In this document: piece by piece, positions 43,971 through 52,669 of the stretch
How the letters are laid out: every line of letters starts with the position of its first letter
Position numbering within the stretch: position 1 is the first letter of the stretch
Virus record (IMG/VR): IMGVR_UViG_3300025933_000001
Location: 23,722-87,721 of that record
DNA from: a virus
Length of the DNA: 64,000 nt
Strand: one strand, 5' to 3'
Made by a program: the position numbers and the translations under genes
The notes under the pieces: model-generated
Database searches by the model: none
The model's input: only the letters and a program-made list of their open reading frames with translations
Told to the model about the DNA's origin: nothing

Positions 43971-45710
43971 ATGGATTCACTATACGAAAAACTAAGTAAA
44001 GAACGGAAAGAACTACAAGACGCAGGGCTTATGCAAGATTGGTGGTCTACCGGAGCATGGCAACTGTTTAAAGGTAAGTATTTATATAAAGCTGACAATC
44101 CCCGAGAACAGTACGAGCGTATTGCTAAAACTTTGGCACAATACATCAATGTTTACCCGGATTGGTGGGAGACTGAGTTTGCTTCTAAAATCACTGCTAA
44201 AGGAAAATACACTTGGGCAGATGCTTTCTTTGATCAAATGTGGATTGGCGATCTGTCTGGTTCTACACCTGTTGTTAGTAACACTGGTACTGATCGTGGA
44301 TTTTCTATCTCATGTTCAGGGAACGTGGTTCCTAACAGCATCGTAGGTATTTACGAAGCTAAGAAGGAAGTTGCTGTACTTACAAAGAATGGGTTTGGGA
44401 CAGCAAGCTACCTCGGAGACATTCAGCATCGTGGCACTGTAACAAACAAAGGTGTCGTAAGTACAGGTGTTGTTCCTGTAATCCAAGGGTTTGTACAGGA
44501 TACCGGATATGTAGCACAAGGTAGTAACAGGCGTGGTGCGTGGGCAGGTTATCTCCCTATAGAGCATGGTGACTTCTACGAAGTTGCCTCCTATGTAGAA
44601 GAGTTGCCAGATGGTGTTAACATTGGCTGGAATGTACCAAACAGTTTTATTGATAGATTGGATGCAGACGATCTTGAAGCACTTGACAGGTTTCAGACAG
44701 CTAAAACATTGAAAATGAAGACTGGTAAAGGGTACTATAGCTTCATTGATAAGATTAATGCGTTACGTCCTCAGATGTACAAAGACCTTGGGTTGGAAGT
44801 TGTTTCACAACAACTGTGTGCGGAAATTTGCCTACACAGTTCCCCTGATTTGACGTACACATGTGTTCTGTCTTCTATGAACTCTGCACGTTGGAATGAA
44901 TGGAAAGATACTAAGTCTGTGTTTATTGCTACCGTGTTCTTAGATTGTGTTGTAAGCGATTTCCTAGCTAAAGCTAAAGGTGTTGCAGGGATGGAAAAGG
45001 CTGTTAAGTTCACAGAGCTTGGCAGACCTCTTGGATTGGGTGTTTGTGGATTGCATACATTGTTTCAGAAGATGCGTATTCCTTTTGACAGCTTTGAAGC
45101 GCATATGCTGAATAATCAAATCTTCAAGCACATTCATGACCAATCTTTGGAAGCTTCTCAGTGGATGGCTAAGGCTCTTGGAGAACCTGAGTGGTGTAAG
45201 GGCTATGGTGTACGTAATACTCACAGGACTGCCGTAGCTCCAACTAAAAGTAGTGCTCTACTTATGGCTGGTGTGAGTGAAGGTATTAACCCTGATCCTG
45301 GTATGACATTTACACAGCTTACACCTGCAGGGGAGGTAGACCGTGCTAATCCTATCCTCTTAGCTATTATGAAGGAACGAGGTGTGTATGATAAGAAGCA
45401 TATGAAGGAGCTTACTGATGCTCAAGGAAGTGTACAGAATGTCGATTGGTTAACTGACCATGAAAAGCAAGTGTTTAAAACAGCTTTCGAGATTGATCAG
45501 AGAGCTATTATTCGTCTAGCTGCTGCACGACAGCGATATATTTGTCAAGGGCAGAGTCTTAATTTGTTCTTCAGTGCAGATGAAGAAGAGGAGTATATCG
45601 CAGAGGTTCATGCGGAAGCGTTTAGGAATCCTATGATTACAAGTTTGTACTATTGCTACAGCAAGGCTGGCGTTACAGCATCTAAAGGCGAATGTGGAGC
45701 ATGTCAATGA
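43971..45710 (+). CDS. nrdA: ribonucleotide reductase class I alpha subunit
   Basis: STP..SN.G, SC, Q...RRG, LCAEI, C.LSS.N, APT.SS, QGQSLN, SLYY, C-terminal CxxC. Confidence 0.93.
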   Translation: MDSLYEKLSKERKELQDAGLMQDWWSTGAWQLFKGKYLYKADNPREQYERIAKTLAQYINVYPDWWETEFASKITAKGKYTWADAFFDQMWIGDLSGSTPVVSNTGTDRGFSISCSGNVVPNSIVGIYEAKKEVAVLTKNGFGTASYLGDIQHRGTVTNKGVVSTGVVPVIQGFVQDTGYVAQGSNRRGAWAGYLPIEHGDFYEVASYVEELPDGVNIGWNVPNSFIDRLDADDLEALDRFQTAKTLKMKTGKGYYSFIDKINALRPQMYKDLGLEVVSQQLCAEICLHSSPDLTYTCVLSSMNSARWNEWKDTKSVFIATVFLDCVVSDFLAKAKGVAGMEKAVKFTELGRPLGLGVCGLHTLFQKMRIPFDSFEAHMLNNQIFKHIHDQSLEASQWMAKALGEPEWCKGYGVRNTHRTAVAPTKSSALLMAGVSEGINPDPGMTFTQLTPAGEVDRANPILLAIMKERGVYDKKHMKELTDAQGSVQNVDWLTDHEKQVFKTAFEIDQRAIIRLAAARQRYICQGQSLNLFFSADEEEEYIAEVHAEAFRNPMITSLYYCYSKAGVTASKGECGACQ

Positions 45711-45871
45711 ACAACCGTAACAACTACGATTCATGGGAATGGAAGCTCATCGAAATGCGCGTAAGAGAGTTAATCCTACAAGGCTGCTCTAACAAAGAAG
45801 CTTGGAGGATTGCTGAAGAGGAGTATGAAGATTCTTTGGAAGATAGTGAAGAAGAATTTTAAGTAAATGTG

Positions 45872-45900
45872 TTGACAGCAACGTATGTAGTAAGTAATAT
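45872..45900 (+). promoter_or_regulatory. sigma70 promoter
   Basis: TTGACA-17-TAATAT. Confidence 0.65.
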
Positions 45901-45947
45901 TATGTACATCGTACAACATACGTTGCAACTAACTAAGGAGAAGAGAA

Positions 45948-46166
45948 ATGTTCTTACCTGTAGATGGAAATCTTGACACCAGTATTGAGGGGTTTATATA
46001 CACAAATAGGGAGCAATGCACCGAGTATGTAATCTTGTATGACAAAACCATCGAGATTCAAGATAGCAGTGAATGCAAATGTTGTATATACATAGAAGAC
46101 ATCCCAAAGCTAATCAAGGCTCTCGAAGCTGCCTACAAACATCAGAAAGGAAAGGAAGTGGTATGA
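45948..46166 (+). CDS. hypothetical protein
   Basis: AAGGAG RBS; DIPKLIKALEAA. Confidence 0.6.
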   Translation: MFLPVDGNLDTSIEGFIYTNREQCTEYVILYDKTIEIQDSSECKCCIYIEDIPKLIKALEAAYKHQKGKEVV

Positions 46167-46369
46167 AAGTTGAACAGAAGGAGAAGGGATTCAACCCAGT
46201 AGTTATCACTCTGGAATCCCAAGAGGAAGTTAATCTTATTGCAGGATTGTTGGGTGCTACCACGGAAACTATTGCTGGAAGATATGGTTGTAACAACTGT
46301 TTTGAGATGTACGATGTACTTAGTAATTTCTCAACAAATTCAGGGCCAAGCAAAGTGAGTATTGCTTAA
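46163..46369 (+). CDS. hypothetical protein
   Basis: FNPVVITLESQEE motif; ATGA overlap. Confidence 0.6.
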   Translation: MKVEQKEKGFNPVVITLESQEEVNLIAGLLGATTETIAGRYGCNNCFEMYDVLSNFSTNSGPSKVSIA

Positions 46370-46438
46370 GTGAAGAATTAACAACTGTAGTTAACAAATT
46401 AACACAGTAAGATTTTTATACAACAAAGGAATGACAAA

Positions 46439-46702
46439 ATGACTAAAGTAGTAAACATTGATAATGCAATTGTAGACACAGAGAAGTTTCGTAGTTACAA
46501 TGATCGTGCTCAACAAATTCTTGAAGAGATTGAACTTCTTCAAGATGACTTTAAAGAGTTGGTAGCAACTATTGCTAAAGAAACAAAGCTAGAGAAGAAG
46601 GAGGTAAGTGGTTATTTCAAAGCAAAAAAGAAAGCCAAAATCAAGGAAGCTGTAAAGAAGGGTGAGTTGTACGATGCCCTTGATGCAGTGTTGGAAGATT
46701 GA
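46439..46702 (+). CDS. double-stranded DNA-binding protein (T4 DsbA/GapR-like)
   Basis: Coiled coil ILEEIELLQDDFKEL followed by LEKKEV..YFKAKKK. Confidence 0.6.
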   Translation: MTKVVNIDNAIVDTEKFRSYNDRAQQILEEIELLQDDFKELVATIAKETKLEKKEVSGYFKAKKKAKIKEAVKKGELYDALDAVLED

Positions 46703-46749
46703 TAGTTAACGAGACAAATACATAACTAAATTAACAAAGGACTAATAAC

Positions 46750-47031
46750 ATGAACGCAATTAAAATTGGAACTATCGTTGTAAAGCTACTGCCTGTTATC
46801 ACTGACACCATTCGCCGGATCGAGGAACTGGACTCCTCTCCCGGCAAAGGTAGCCAAAAACTTGATCTTGCATTGAATATCATCCGTGGAATTTACGAAA
46901 CAACAGACGCCAATCCAGAAGTTTCGTTCGATGACTTGGTTGCAACTATCAAGAAGGTGATTACAGCACTTGTCACTTTCTATAACAGCATTGGTGTATT
47001 TGTTAAGAACCTGAAACAAGACGCGGCGTAA
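46750..47031 (+). CDS. hypothetical protein
   Basis: AAGGA RBS; amphipathic helices. Confidence 0.7.
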   Translation: MNAIKIGTIVVKLLPVITDTIRRIEELDSSPGKGSQKLDLALNIIRGIYETTDANPEVSFDDLVATIKKVITALVTFYNSIGVFVKNLKQDAA

Positions 47032-47038
47032 GTGTAAC

Positions 47039-47071
47039 AAAAAAGGGCATGCTCCGCAAGGAGACATGCCC
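47039..47071 (-). terminator. terminator of the late/lysis transcript
   Basis: GGGCATG...CATGCCC stem with an A tract on the plus strand. Confidence 0.75.
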
Positions 47072-47248
47072 AATATTGCTCTACCACGAGCATTAAGAAG
47101 GCTTGTGGGTTGCTGAAAGCAACAATCCACGAGCATAATAAAGACAGTGCTGTGGTGAACACTGAACGCAAGAGAGTGAAACACATCAGAGAGATTTCAG
47201 ATGCACCTCAATTAAACCACACATCTTGCAAACAATGCAACACCCTCG

Positions 47249-47290
47249 ATCCTGCCCATCTCTTCTTTGAGGAGGTCGGCGGGATTTTTG
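47249..47290 (+). terminator. putative plus-strand terminator
   Basis: ATCCTGCC...GGCGGGAT followed by a T tract. Confidence 0.55.
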
Positions 47291-47293
47291 TTC

Positions 47294-47671
47294 TCAGCCT
47301 TTGTAGATGTCTCCGTCAAATTTATTGTCAGGAGCTTCATTGACAGATGGCAATTGTTTTGTTGCTTTGGCATCTGTAGACTTTTGCATAGACTCGGCAG
47401 GCTTGACTGCTGGCAAAATTCCAGCTCTTTTGCTTGTAGTGTTGTGTACAACAAACTGGACAGCAGAAACAATCCCGAGAGCAATAGTTGTAGCTTCCTC
47501 GGTTGACAGTTGAACGTTAACAAGATTAAAATCTCCAGCCAATTTAACAAGGGCTACAAGGAATGGTACAAGTAATGTTGCAGCGTTTCCTCCATCTTTC
47601 CATTGTTCTGCGTTCGCAAGCTCATTGCCTTTGCGAAAGAGTGATAACATATCTAATAATCTATTCAACAT
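47294..47671 (-). CDS. membrane protein of the lysis cassette (holin/spanin-like)
   Basis: Two hydrophobic segments; overlaps the endolysin stop. Confidence 0.65.
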   Translation of the reverse strand: MLNRLLDMLSLFRKGNELANAEQWKDGGNAATLLVPFLVALVKLAGDFNLVNVQLSTEEATTIALGIVSAVQFVVHNTTSKRAGILPAVKPAESMQKSTDAKATKQLPSVNEAPDNKFDGDIYKG

Positions 47672-48221
47672 TGTTGTTTTCCTTGTACAGTATTTTCTTT
47701 GCTAATTCGTAGTACTTCTGCCTATCTTCCCAACCGTTAGGTAGGCCAGTTGTTTTGTTTCTTCCATTAATTCGGATGCTTATCTTCAGGAAATCACCCT
47801 CGTCTGCAAGGGTGTTAAGTCCTTTTAGCTGCCAGAACCAAGCAGCACTTCTGCAAGCATTCTCAGGTTGTTCTAACAGTTCGGGGTGTTCTACACAATC
47901 CACACCTGAAGACATCATGAACGAGATGTAATTGAACTTACCTGTCAGTTGGATGAGTCCGCGCCCTTTGTACTTAAGGCCATCCCCTTGTTTCGTATTT
48001 CCAAGATCAAGACGCATCTCGTAAGCTCTACCAGATGCTATCTCCTTCACATATTTAAGCTCCCCACTCTCATGTGCTATTTGTGCTAAGAAAGCTGCTT
48101 GTCTAGCTGGAGTGTTGATGCTATATTCTTCCATTGCTTTGTTGAGATAAGGAAGAAAGATTTCTGCCCTAGAGCCAGCGTTGGGCATTATCTTCCTAAG
48201 CTGCTCTAAGGAAATGTCCAT
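47661..48221 (-). CDS. endolysin, glycoside hydrolase family 19
   Basis: FLAQIAHES, YKGRGLIQLTGKFNY, SAAWFW, ING..NG..DR. Confidence 0.93.
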   Translation of the reverse strand: MDISLEQLRKIMPNAGSRAEIFLPYLNKAMEEYSINTPARQAAFLAQIAHESGELKYVKEIASGRAYEMRLDLGNTKQGDGLKYKGRGLIQLTGKFNYISFMMSSGVDCVEHPELLEQPENACRSAAWFWQLKGLNTLADEGDFLKISIRINGRNKTTGLPNGWEDRQKYYELAKKILYKENNNVE

Positions 48222-48223
48222 GA

Positions 48224-48532
48224 TTAACTCAACCCCTTGAGAAACTTATCGAGAATCTTGCCAAACAAACTAATAGCTCTATCACTGAATCTCCCTGATA
48301 TGCCACCAAGAGCTACAGCCGCTAATTCTGGCAACCCTACAGCTTCACACAGCAAAAACACTATAATTGCTGCAAAAGCTGCTGTTACAATCTCGATAAG
48401 AAGATCAGTAAGTTTCCACTTCCTTCCTGTCTTCAGCTTATTCAAATACGACACAACTCCTCCAAATATAGCTAGCAACACTACACATAAATATGTAACC
48501 CATGTAAAATGTTCTGGATTCTTGTCCAGCAT
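48224..48532 (-). CDS. holin (LydA-like)
   Basis: Three transmembrane helices; GGVVSY; immediately upstream of the endolysin. Confidence 0.85.
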   Translation of the reverse strand: MLDKNPEHFTWVTYLCVVLLAIFGGVVSYLNKLKTGRKWKLTDLLIEIVTAAFAAIIVFLLCEAVGLPELAAVALGGISGRFSDRAISLFGKILDKFLKGLS

Positions 48533-48536
48533 ATTG

Positions 48537-49058
48537 TTATTCCTTTTTATTTGTTATGTATTGAAGCGAATAACCAAGCTCTAAAGCTTTCTGTACTACA
48601 CCGCTTGGCGTAACCTTACCCCCTAAATCTAGTCCTGATAACCTCCTCATAGCGATTGTAAACTCACTGCATTGCCAGAGATTGTCAGTACCAACTTCCA
48701 ACATATTAAGCTGACCCTCTATAGCCTGCAGTTTAGAATATTCTCCCACCCCCACCCATTTCAAGCCGTATTCCAACTCTGCATCAGTCATTGGCTTATC
48801 TGGAGTTTGAATAAGATAGAATCCTTCATCTGCTAGATTTGACAGAGGGAAGATTCTTACTTTCGGCTCTACTGATTCGATAACAAACACCCTACCAGCT
48901 ACAACCCAAGCTACACAGATGTGGCTATATTCAGATTCTGTAAACACTCTTACAGCCTGCACTTGTAAGTCATACAGGCTGCTCCAAGCCTTGTGTGTTA
49001 GAGCCACTAGATCACCAGACTTAATTTGACTCCTTGCTTCTACGTACGTAGTCATCAT
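48537..49058 (-). CDS. permuted papain-like (YiiX/NlpC-P60) amidase
   Basis: IKSGDL...SEYSH...IES...Y...WQCSE...VTP. Confidence 0.8.
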   Translation of the reverse strand: MMTTYVEARSQIKSGDLVALTHKAWSSLYDLQVQAVRVFTESEYSHICVAWVVAGRVFVIESVEPKVRIFPLSNLADEGFYLIQTPDKPMTDAELEYGLKWVGVGEYSKLQAIEGQLNMLEVGTDNLWQCSEFTIAMRRLSGLDLGGKVTPSGVVQKALELGYSLQYITNKKE

Positions 49059-50143
49059 TTTCTCTCAAAGTACTTACCTATCTTCTTAATTACTGTGACA
49101 GCTAGAATAAACAGTCCGAGCACTTTTACTCCACCTTCATCTTTCTTCTTTGGTTCTGGCTTTGGAGGATTTACAGGTGCTGGTGGAACAACCGGAGGAA
49201 CTATAGGTGGTGTAGGAATCGGCTGAACATTTGTGTCAGGAACTGGAGGCACAGGTGTAGGAATAGGATCAGATTTTATAGGAGTTGGCTTAGGTTGTGT
49301 TAAGTCTTTTCCTACACGTTCTATTCCATTGAATCCTTGGATGGCCCATAGATCAATTACATCTACTACAGCAACCCCTGCAAGACATAGGAAGAATCCA
49401 TTATCACCCCAATCCTTGCCCCAAGAGTTCTGAACAATCCAGCACAATCTTCCATACTTATCTTTCGTATATCCGACAATAAGCATTTCATGATTGCCCC
49501 AATAAGGGTTAGTTGTTGGGTTGACAAATGTGTAAACCTCGTCTTTAGGTAGGTCACGAAGTTTTTCACCAATCCTTAGTCCTAACGCAACGGGCCATCC
49601 TTTAGCAAGAGCGTATTTAATCCTGTAGATCACTTCCTCAGTGCTTGAGAATCTTCCATCAATCTCTTTTAGAGCAATACGAGAATACTTGTCTATCTTA
49701 AAGTTTTTAGCATCATCATAAGCCTCTTGAGGAGGCTCATCGTTTACTTTAGAGAGAATATATGGATAAACTTTCTCTCGTGCTACACCAAAGGTTTTAG
49801 CAGCTTTAAGAGCCATTCTCGCTGTGCTACCACCATCTACCAAAGGGGTGTTAGGGGATAGCAGCTTTCTAGATGTAGCATAGTTAAATAGGATTGATAA
49901 ATCCTTATCATCTACAGCGTCGGTGTCTTGGAATAAGCCTGCTGAAATTAAGAACATCTCGCAAGCTTTAACTCCAATACTGGCTGCTGTGCAAGAACCT
50001 AGAGAAAGTTGATCTTCCCTGATTCCTGCATACTCACGCATATCAACTTCTTCTGGTAGAATGCTATCCTCTGTCTCCAAGATAAAGTCTCTTGGGTCTT
50101 GAGGATCAGGTTGTAGTTTAGCTAGGTAGATGTTCTTATCCAT
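49055..50143 (-). CDS. C1 (papain) family cysteine peptidase with Pro-rich linker and C-terminal membrane anchor
   Basis: PD..D.RDF, DQ..LGSCTA, GNHEMLIVGY, VQNSWGKDWGDNG. Confidence 0.9.
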   Translation of the reverse strand: MDKNIYLAKLQPDPQDPRDFILETEDSILPEEVDMREYAGIREDQLSLGSCTAASIGVKACEMFLISAGLFQDTDAVDDKDLSILFNYATSRKLLSPNTPLVDGGSTARMALKAAKTFGVAREKVYPYILSKVNDEPPQEAYDDAKNFKIDKYSRIALKEIDGRFSSTEEVIYRIKYALAKGWPVALGLRIGEKLRDLPKDEVYTFVNPTTNPYWGNHEMLIVGYTKDKYGRLCWIVQNSWGKDWGDNGFFLCLAGVAVVDVIDLWAIQGFNGIERVGKDLTQPKPTPIKSDPIPTPVPPVPDTNVQPIPTPPIVPPVVPPAPVNPPKPEPKKKDEGGVKVLGLFILAVTVIKKIGKYFERK

Positions 50144-50162
50144 TATTATTCCTTTTAATTTA

Positions 50163-50615
50163 TTACAGATTGTTTGCTTGTACGAACAACAACCTAATAT
50201 CTTCATCGGACAAGCCTAGAGCTGCTCCAATAGTTTTTATAAGAGGCTCATCACGTTGGAAGGTGAGAGATTCTTTCCAGTAGATTTCAGCAGTGCGTCT
50301 CTGTACCTCATCAGGAATAGCAGCAATAACTTGGGGGACTAAATCGATAAGACGTGCCCCGTCTTTCTCGTTTAGCATGAGAGCTAACATTGCCTGCCTA
50401 CGAGTGACAAACTCTGGGTAATCAGGTATTGCGTCGCCCGGAGTATCGTCCTCTTCTGAGGGAGGAACCCAACCTTCTGGTACTTCAAATATTTGAGACT
50501 GACCTATTACGTCGAATTGCATTTCAAGATTGCCGTCTATAAGGTAGCGATCAGATAGCACCTCTACTGTTTGGAATGGCCCAAACGTATCGTGTAAAGT
50601 TCCTATTACTTTCAT
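50163..50615 (-). CDS. tail fibre-associated protein or chaperone
   Basis: VTRRQA.LAL...W....F.R......IG.ALGLS...LF..A family; follows the fibre gene. Confidence 0.7.
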   Translation of the reverse strand: MKVIGTLHDTFGPFQTVEVLSDRYLIDGNLEMQFDVIGQSQIFEVPEGWVPPSEEDDTPGDAIPDYPEFVTRRQAMLALMLNEKDGARLIDLVPQVIAAIPDEVQRRTAEIYWKESLTFQRDEPLIKTIGAALGLSDEDIRLLFVQANNL

Positions 50616-52660
50616 GCTGCTGCCTCCACTCTGCAAAGGGTAATACCTGTAGAACTACTGACGGTGTTTATTAACCATGTTTCATTGCTTGCACCGGATG
50701 CACCAGAACTTCCGTTAGCCGCTATAAATGGTGGAACATGCATTGTAGATATGCTTGCTGAGTTAGCAACAAGACTCTCCACTTGCCCAACTGTGGTTGA
50801 TGTACCTACGGTGTATAACGTATTACCTCCGATTATGTTTTGATATGACCTGACATTCCATAAATCAGGTACGCTTGCTGGAACAATGGACGATGCCATT
50901 GACTGCACCAGAGAAGTCAGTGAAGGTGATGTACCGGAAGAATCAATGTTAATAACAACACCAACAGTGCTGGCAGCAAGAAAGAAAGTACATATTGAAC
51001 CGGATAATCCTATTGCAGAAATTCCCGCTCCCGCGGACACGTTATTCTTAACCGCTTGTGTTAACTCTGTCCCTGCAGAGGCTGTACCAGATGTATCTAT
51101 CAGGTGATTTATACCTACAGTAGAACTACCACCTGTGTACACTACACAAAGCTTTGTATTACTAACTGCAATAGTATCGAACGTACTAACAGCATTGGCT
51201 GGAGTTACAGCACTGCTTAACGTAGCTACGCTAATTGCTGCTACAGTACCTGACACAGATACAATTGCACCTTTAAACGAGGTGTTCAAGTGAAATACAG
51301 CGATGTTCCCAGACCCCATTGCTTGGGATCGGTAATTACTTGCTGATGTAGATGTAGTCGCTTCCGTTCCAGCAGACAGGGTTGATCCACTAACTGTCCA
51401 AGGCTTGGCATACAAAGTGGATGAAGTTAACTCGATTGCAAGGACAACACTAGAACTCATTGTGTAAATCGTAGGCGAAGAGTTTACACCACTAGCACTT
51501 GTAGCAGATTGTTCAGAACCGATAGTAGGTGTAGTCCCGGAGATACTAATTGCTCTAATGGCAGATGTTGTTGTATCCCTACCATAAGCCACTACAAACG
51601 AGCTACCTACTGCTTTCAGTTGTCCCATCCCTGCAAAGTTGCCAGCCAGTGTTGCAGTACCCTTAGTACCACTGTTTACAGTAATACCTGTAGTGGCATC
51701 AATTGACAACGTAACTGCTTCCATTGCAGTTGTTGAGTTGAACGACACCACCAACACCTGATTTGTTGCTGACAATATGGCTGCAAAAGGTGTACCAGTG
51801 GTAATACCTGTACGGACTGTTGCAACACTGCCCCACGATGCCGTACTTGCATCGAACACCACTGCATAAAGATTAGTGCTACTGAATACCAAGCATGTAC
51901 GATTAGAGTCAATTACCACACGCTTAATAGCAGTACTTGTATTAGTAACAGAGGTATTTACAAGCTGTGCAGTAATACCAACCTTCTCCAAGTTACTAAT
52001 AATCCAAGTACCTGCAGCAGTGCTCTTACCTGATAAGCTAACTACAGCAACCTTTCCGGGCCTAATCCAACCAAGTTGTGTGCCTGATGCATTCTTGATA
52101 CCGTAATCGTAATTACCTGCATTGTGAACCACAAACAAACCTGCACCAAGATCGCAGGTGGTAGCATCAGGTAGAGTTACATACCAACCGGGAGCAGAAG
52201 GGGTGACTGTTTGTGCACCAGCACTTGATGCAACAAGGGTGAGATTACCTGTCGCAGAGGTGCTACCATTGTCCCCTCTGTTGGGGACAGGATAACCCCA
52301 TGTTGTATTATCTAGCGAAGGATCAGTAGTGCTTACACCGGCAACTTTACAACGATATGTCTTGAAGTTGATCGGACTGTAAACGCAAGTTCCTAATGTG
52401 TAGTTTGTACCAGATACCCAAGCACTAGCGCCTGACCCTGAAGCAGCAGCCGCAGCACTAGCAGCAGCAGCAGAAGCTGATGCAGCAGCGTTTGTAGCTG
52501 CAGTTGACGCTGTAGTTTGTTTTGTGCTAACATCTGCAGCAAGAGCATTTGCTTCAGTAACGAACGTAGGCAAAGCAGCTACAAAAGCATCTGCTGTAGT
52601 TGCAAATGCTGCTGGAGTTTGTGACCGTTGTGGTGCTGACGGTAGAGTTGTAATTGTCAT
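50612..52660 (-). CDS. tail fibre / receptor-binding protein
   Basis: N-terminal LP.AP.R..P..F..AD anchor, Ala-rich coil, AWVSGTNY module, S/T-rich SGT..T.G.E repeats. Confidence 0.8.
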   Translation of the reverse strand: MTITTLPSAPQRSQTPAAFATTADAFVAALPTFVTEANALAADVSTKQTTASTAATNAAASASAAAASAAAAASGSGASAWVSGTNYTLGTCVYSPINFKTYRCKVAGVSTTDPSLDNTTWGYPVPNRGDNGSTSATGNLTLVASSAGAQTVTPSAPGWYVTLPDATTCDLGAGLFVVHNAGNYDYGIKNASGTQLGWIRPGKVAVVSLSGKSTAAGTWIISNLEKVGITAQLVNTSVTNTSTAIKRVVIDSNRTCLVFSSTNLYAVVFDASTASWGSVATVRTGITTGTPFAAILSATNQVLVVSFNSTTAMEAVTLSIDATTGITVNSGTKGTATLAGNFAGMGQLKAVGSSFVVAYGRDTTTSAIRAISISGTTPTIGSEQSATSASGVNSSPTIYTMSSSVVLAIELTSSTLYAKPWTVSGSTLSAGTEATTSTSASNYRSQAMGSGNIAVFHLNTSFKGAIVSVSGTVAAISVATLSSAVTPANAVSTFDTIAVSNTKLCVVYTGGSSTVGINHLIDTSGTASAGTELTQAVKNNVSAGAGISAIGLSGSICTFFLAASTVGVVINIDSSGTSPSLTSLVQSMASSIVPASVPDLWNVRSYQNIIGGNTLYTVGTSTTVGQVESLVANSASISTMHVPPFIAANGSSGASGASNETWLINTVSSSTGITLCRVEAAA

Positions 52661-52669
52661 ATATTATCC

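Noticed and set aside
29395-45710. Introns or inteins in the polymerase or nrd genes
   Set aside because: ORFs are continuous, of ordinary length and lack intein motifs; the HNH genes are free-standing
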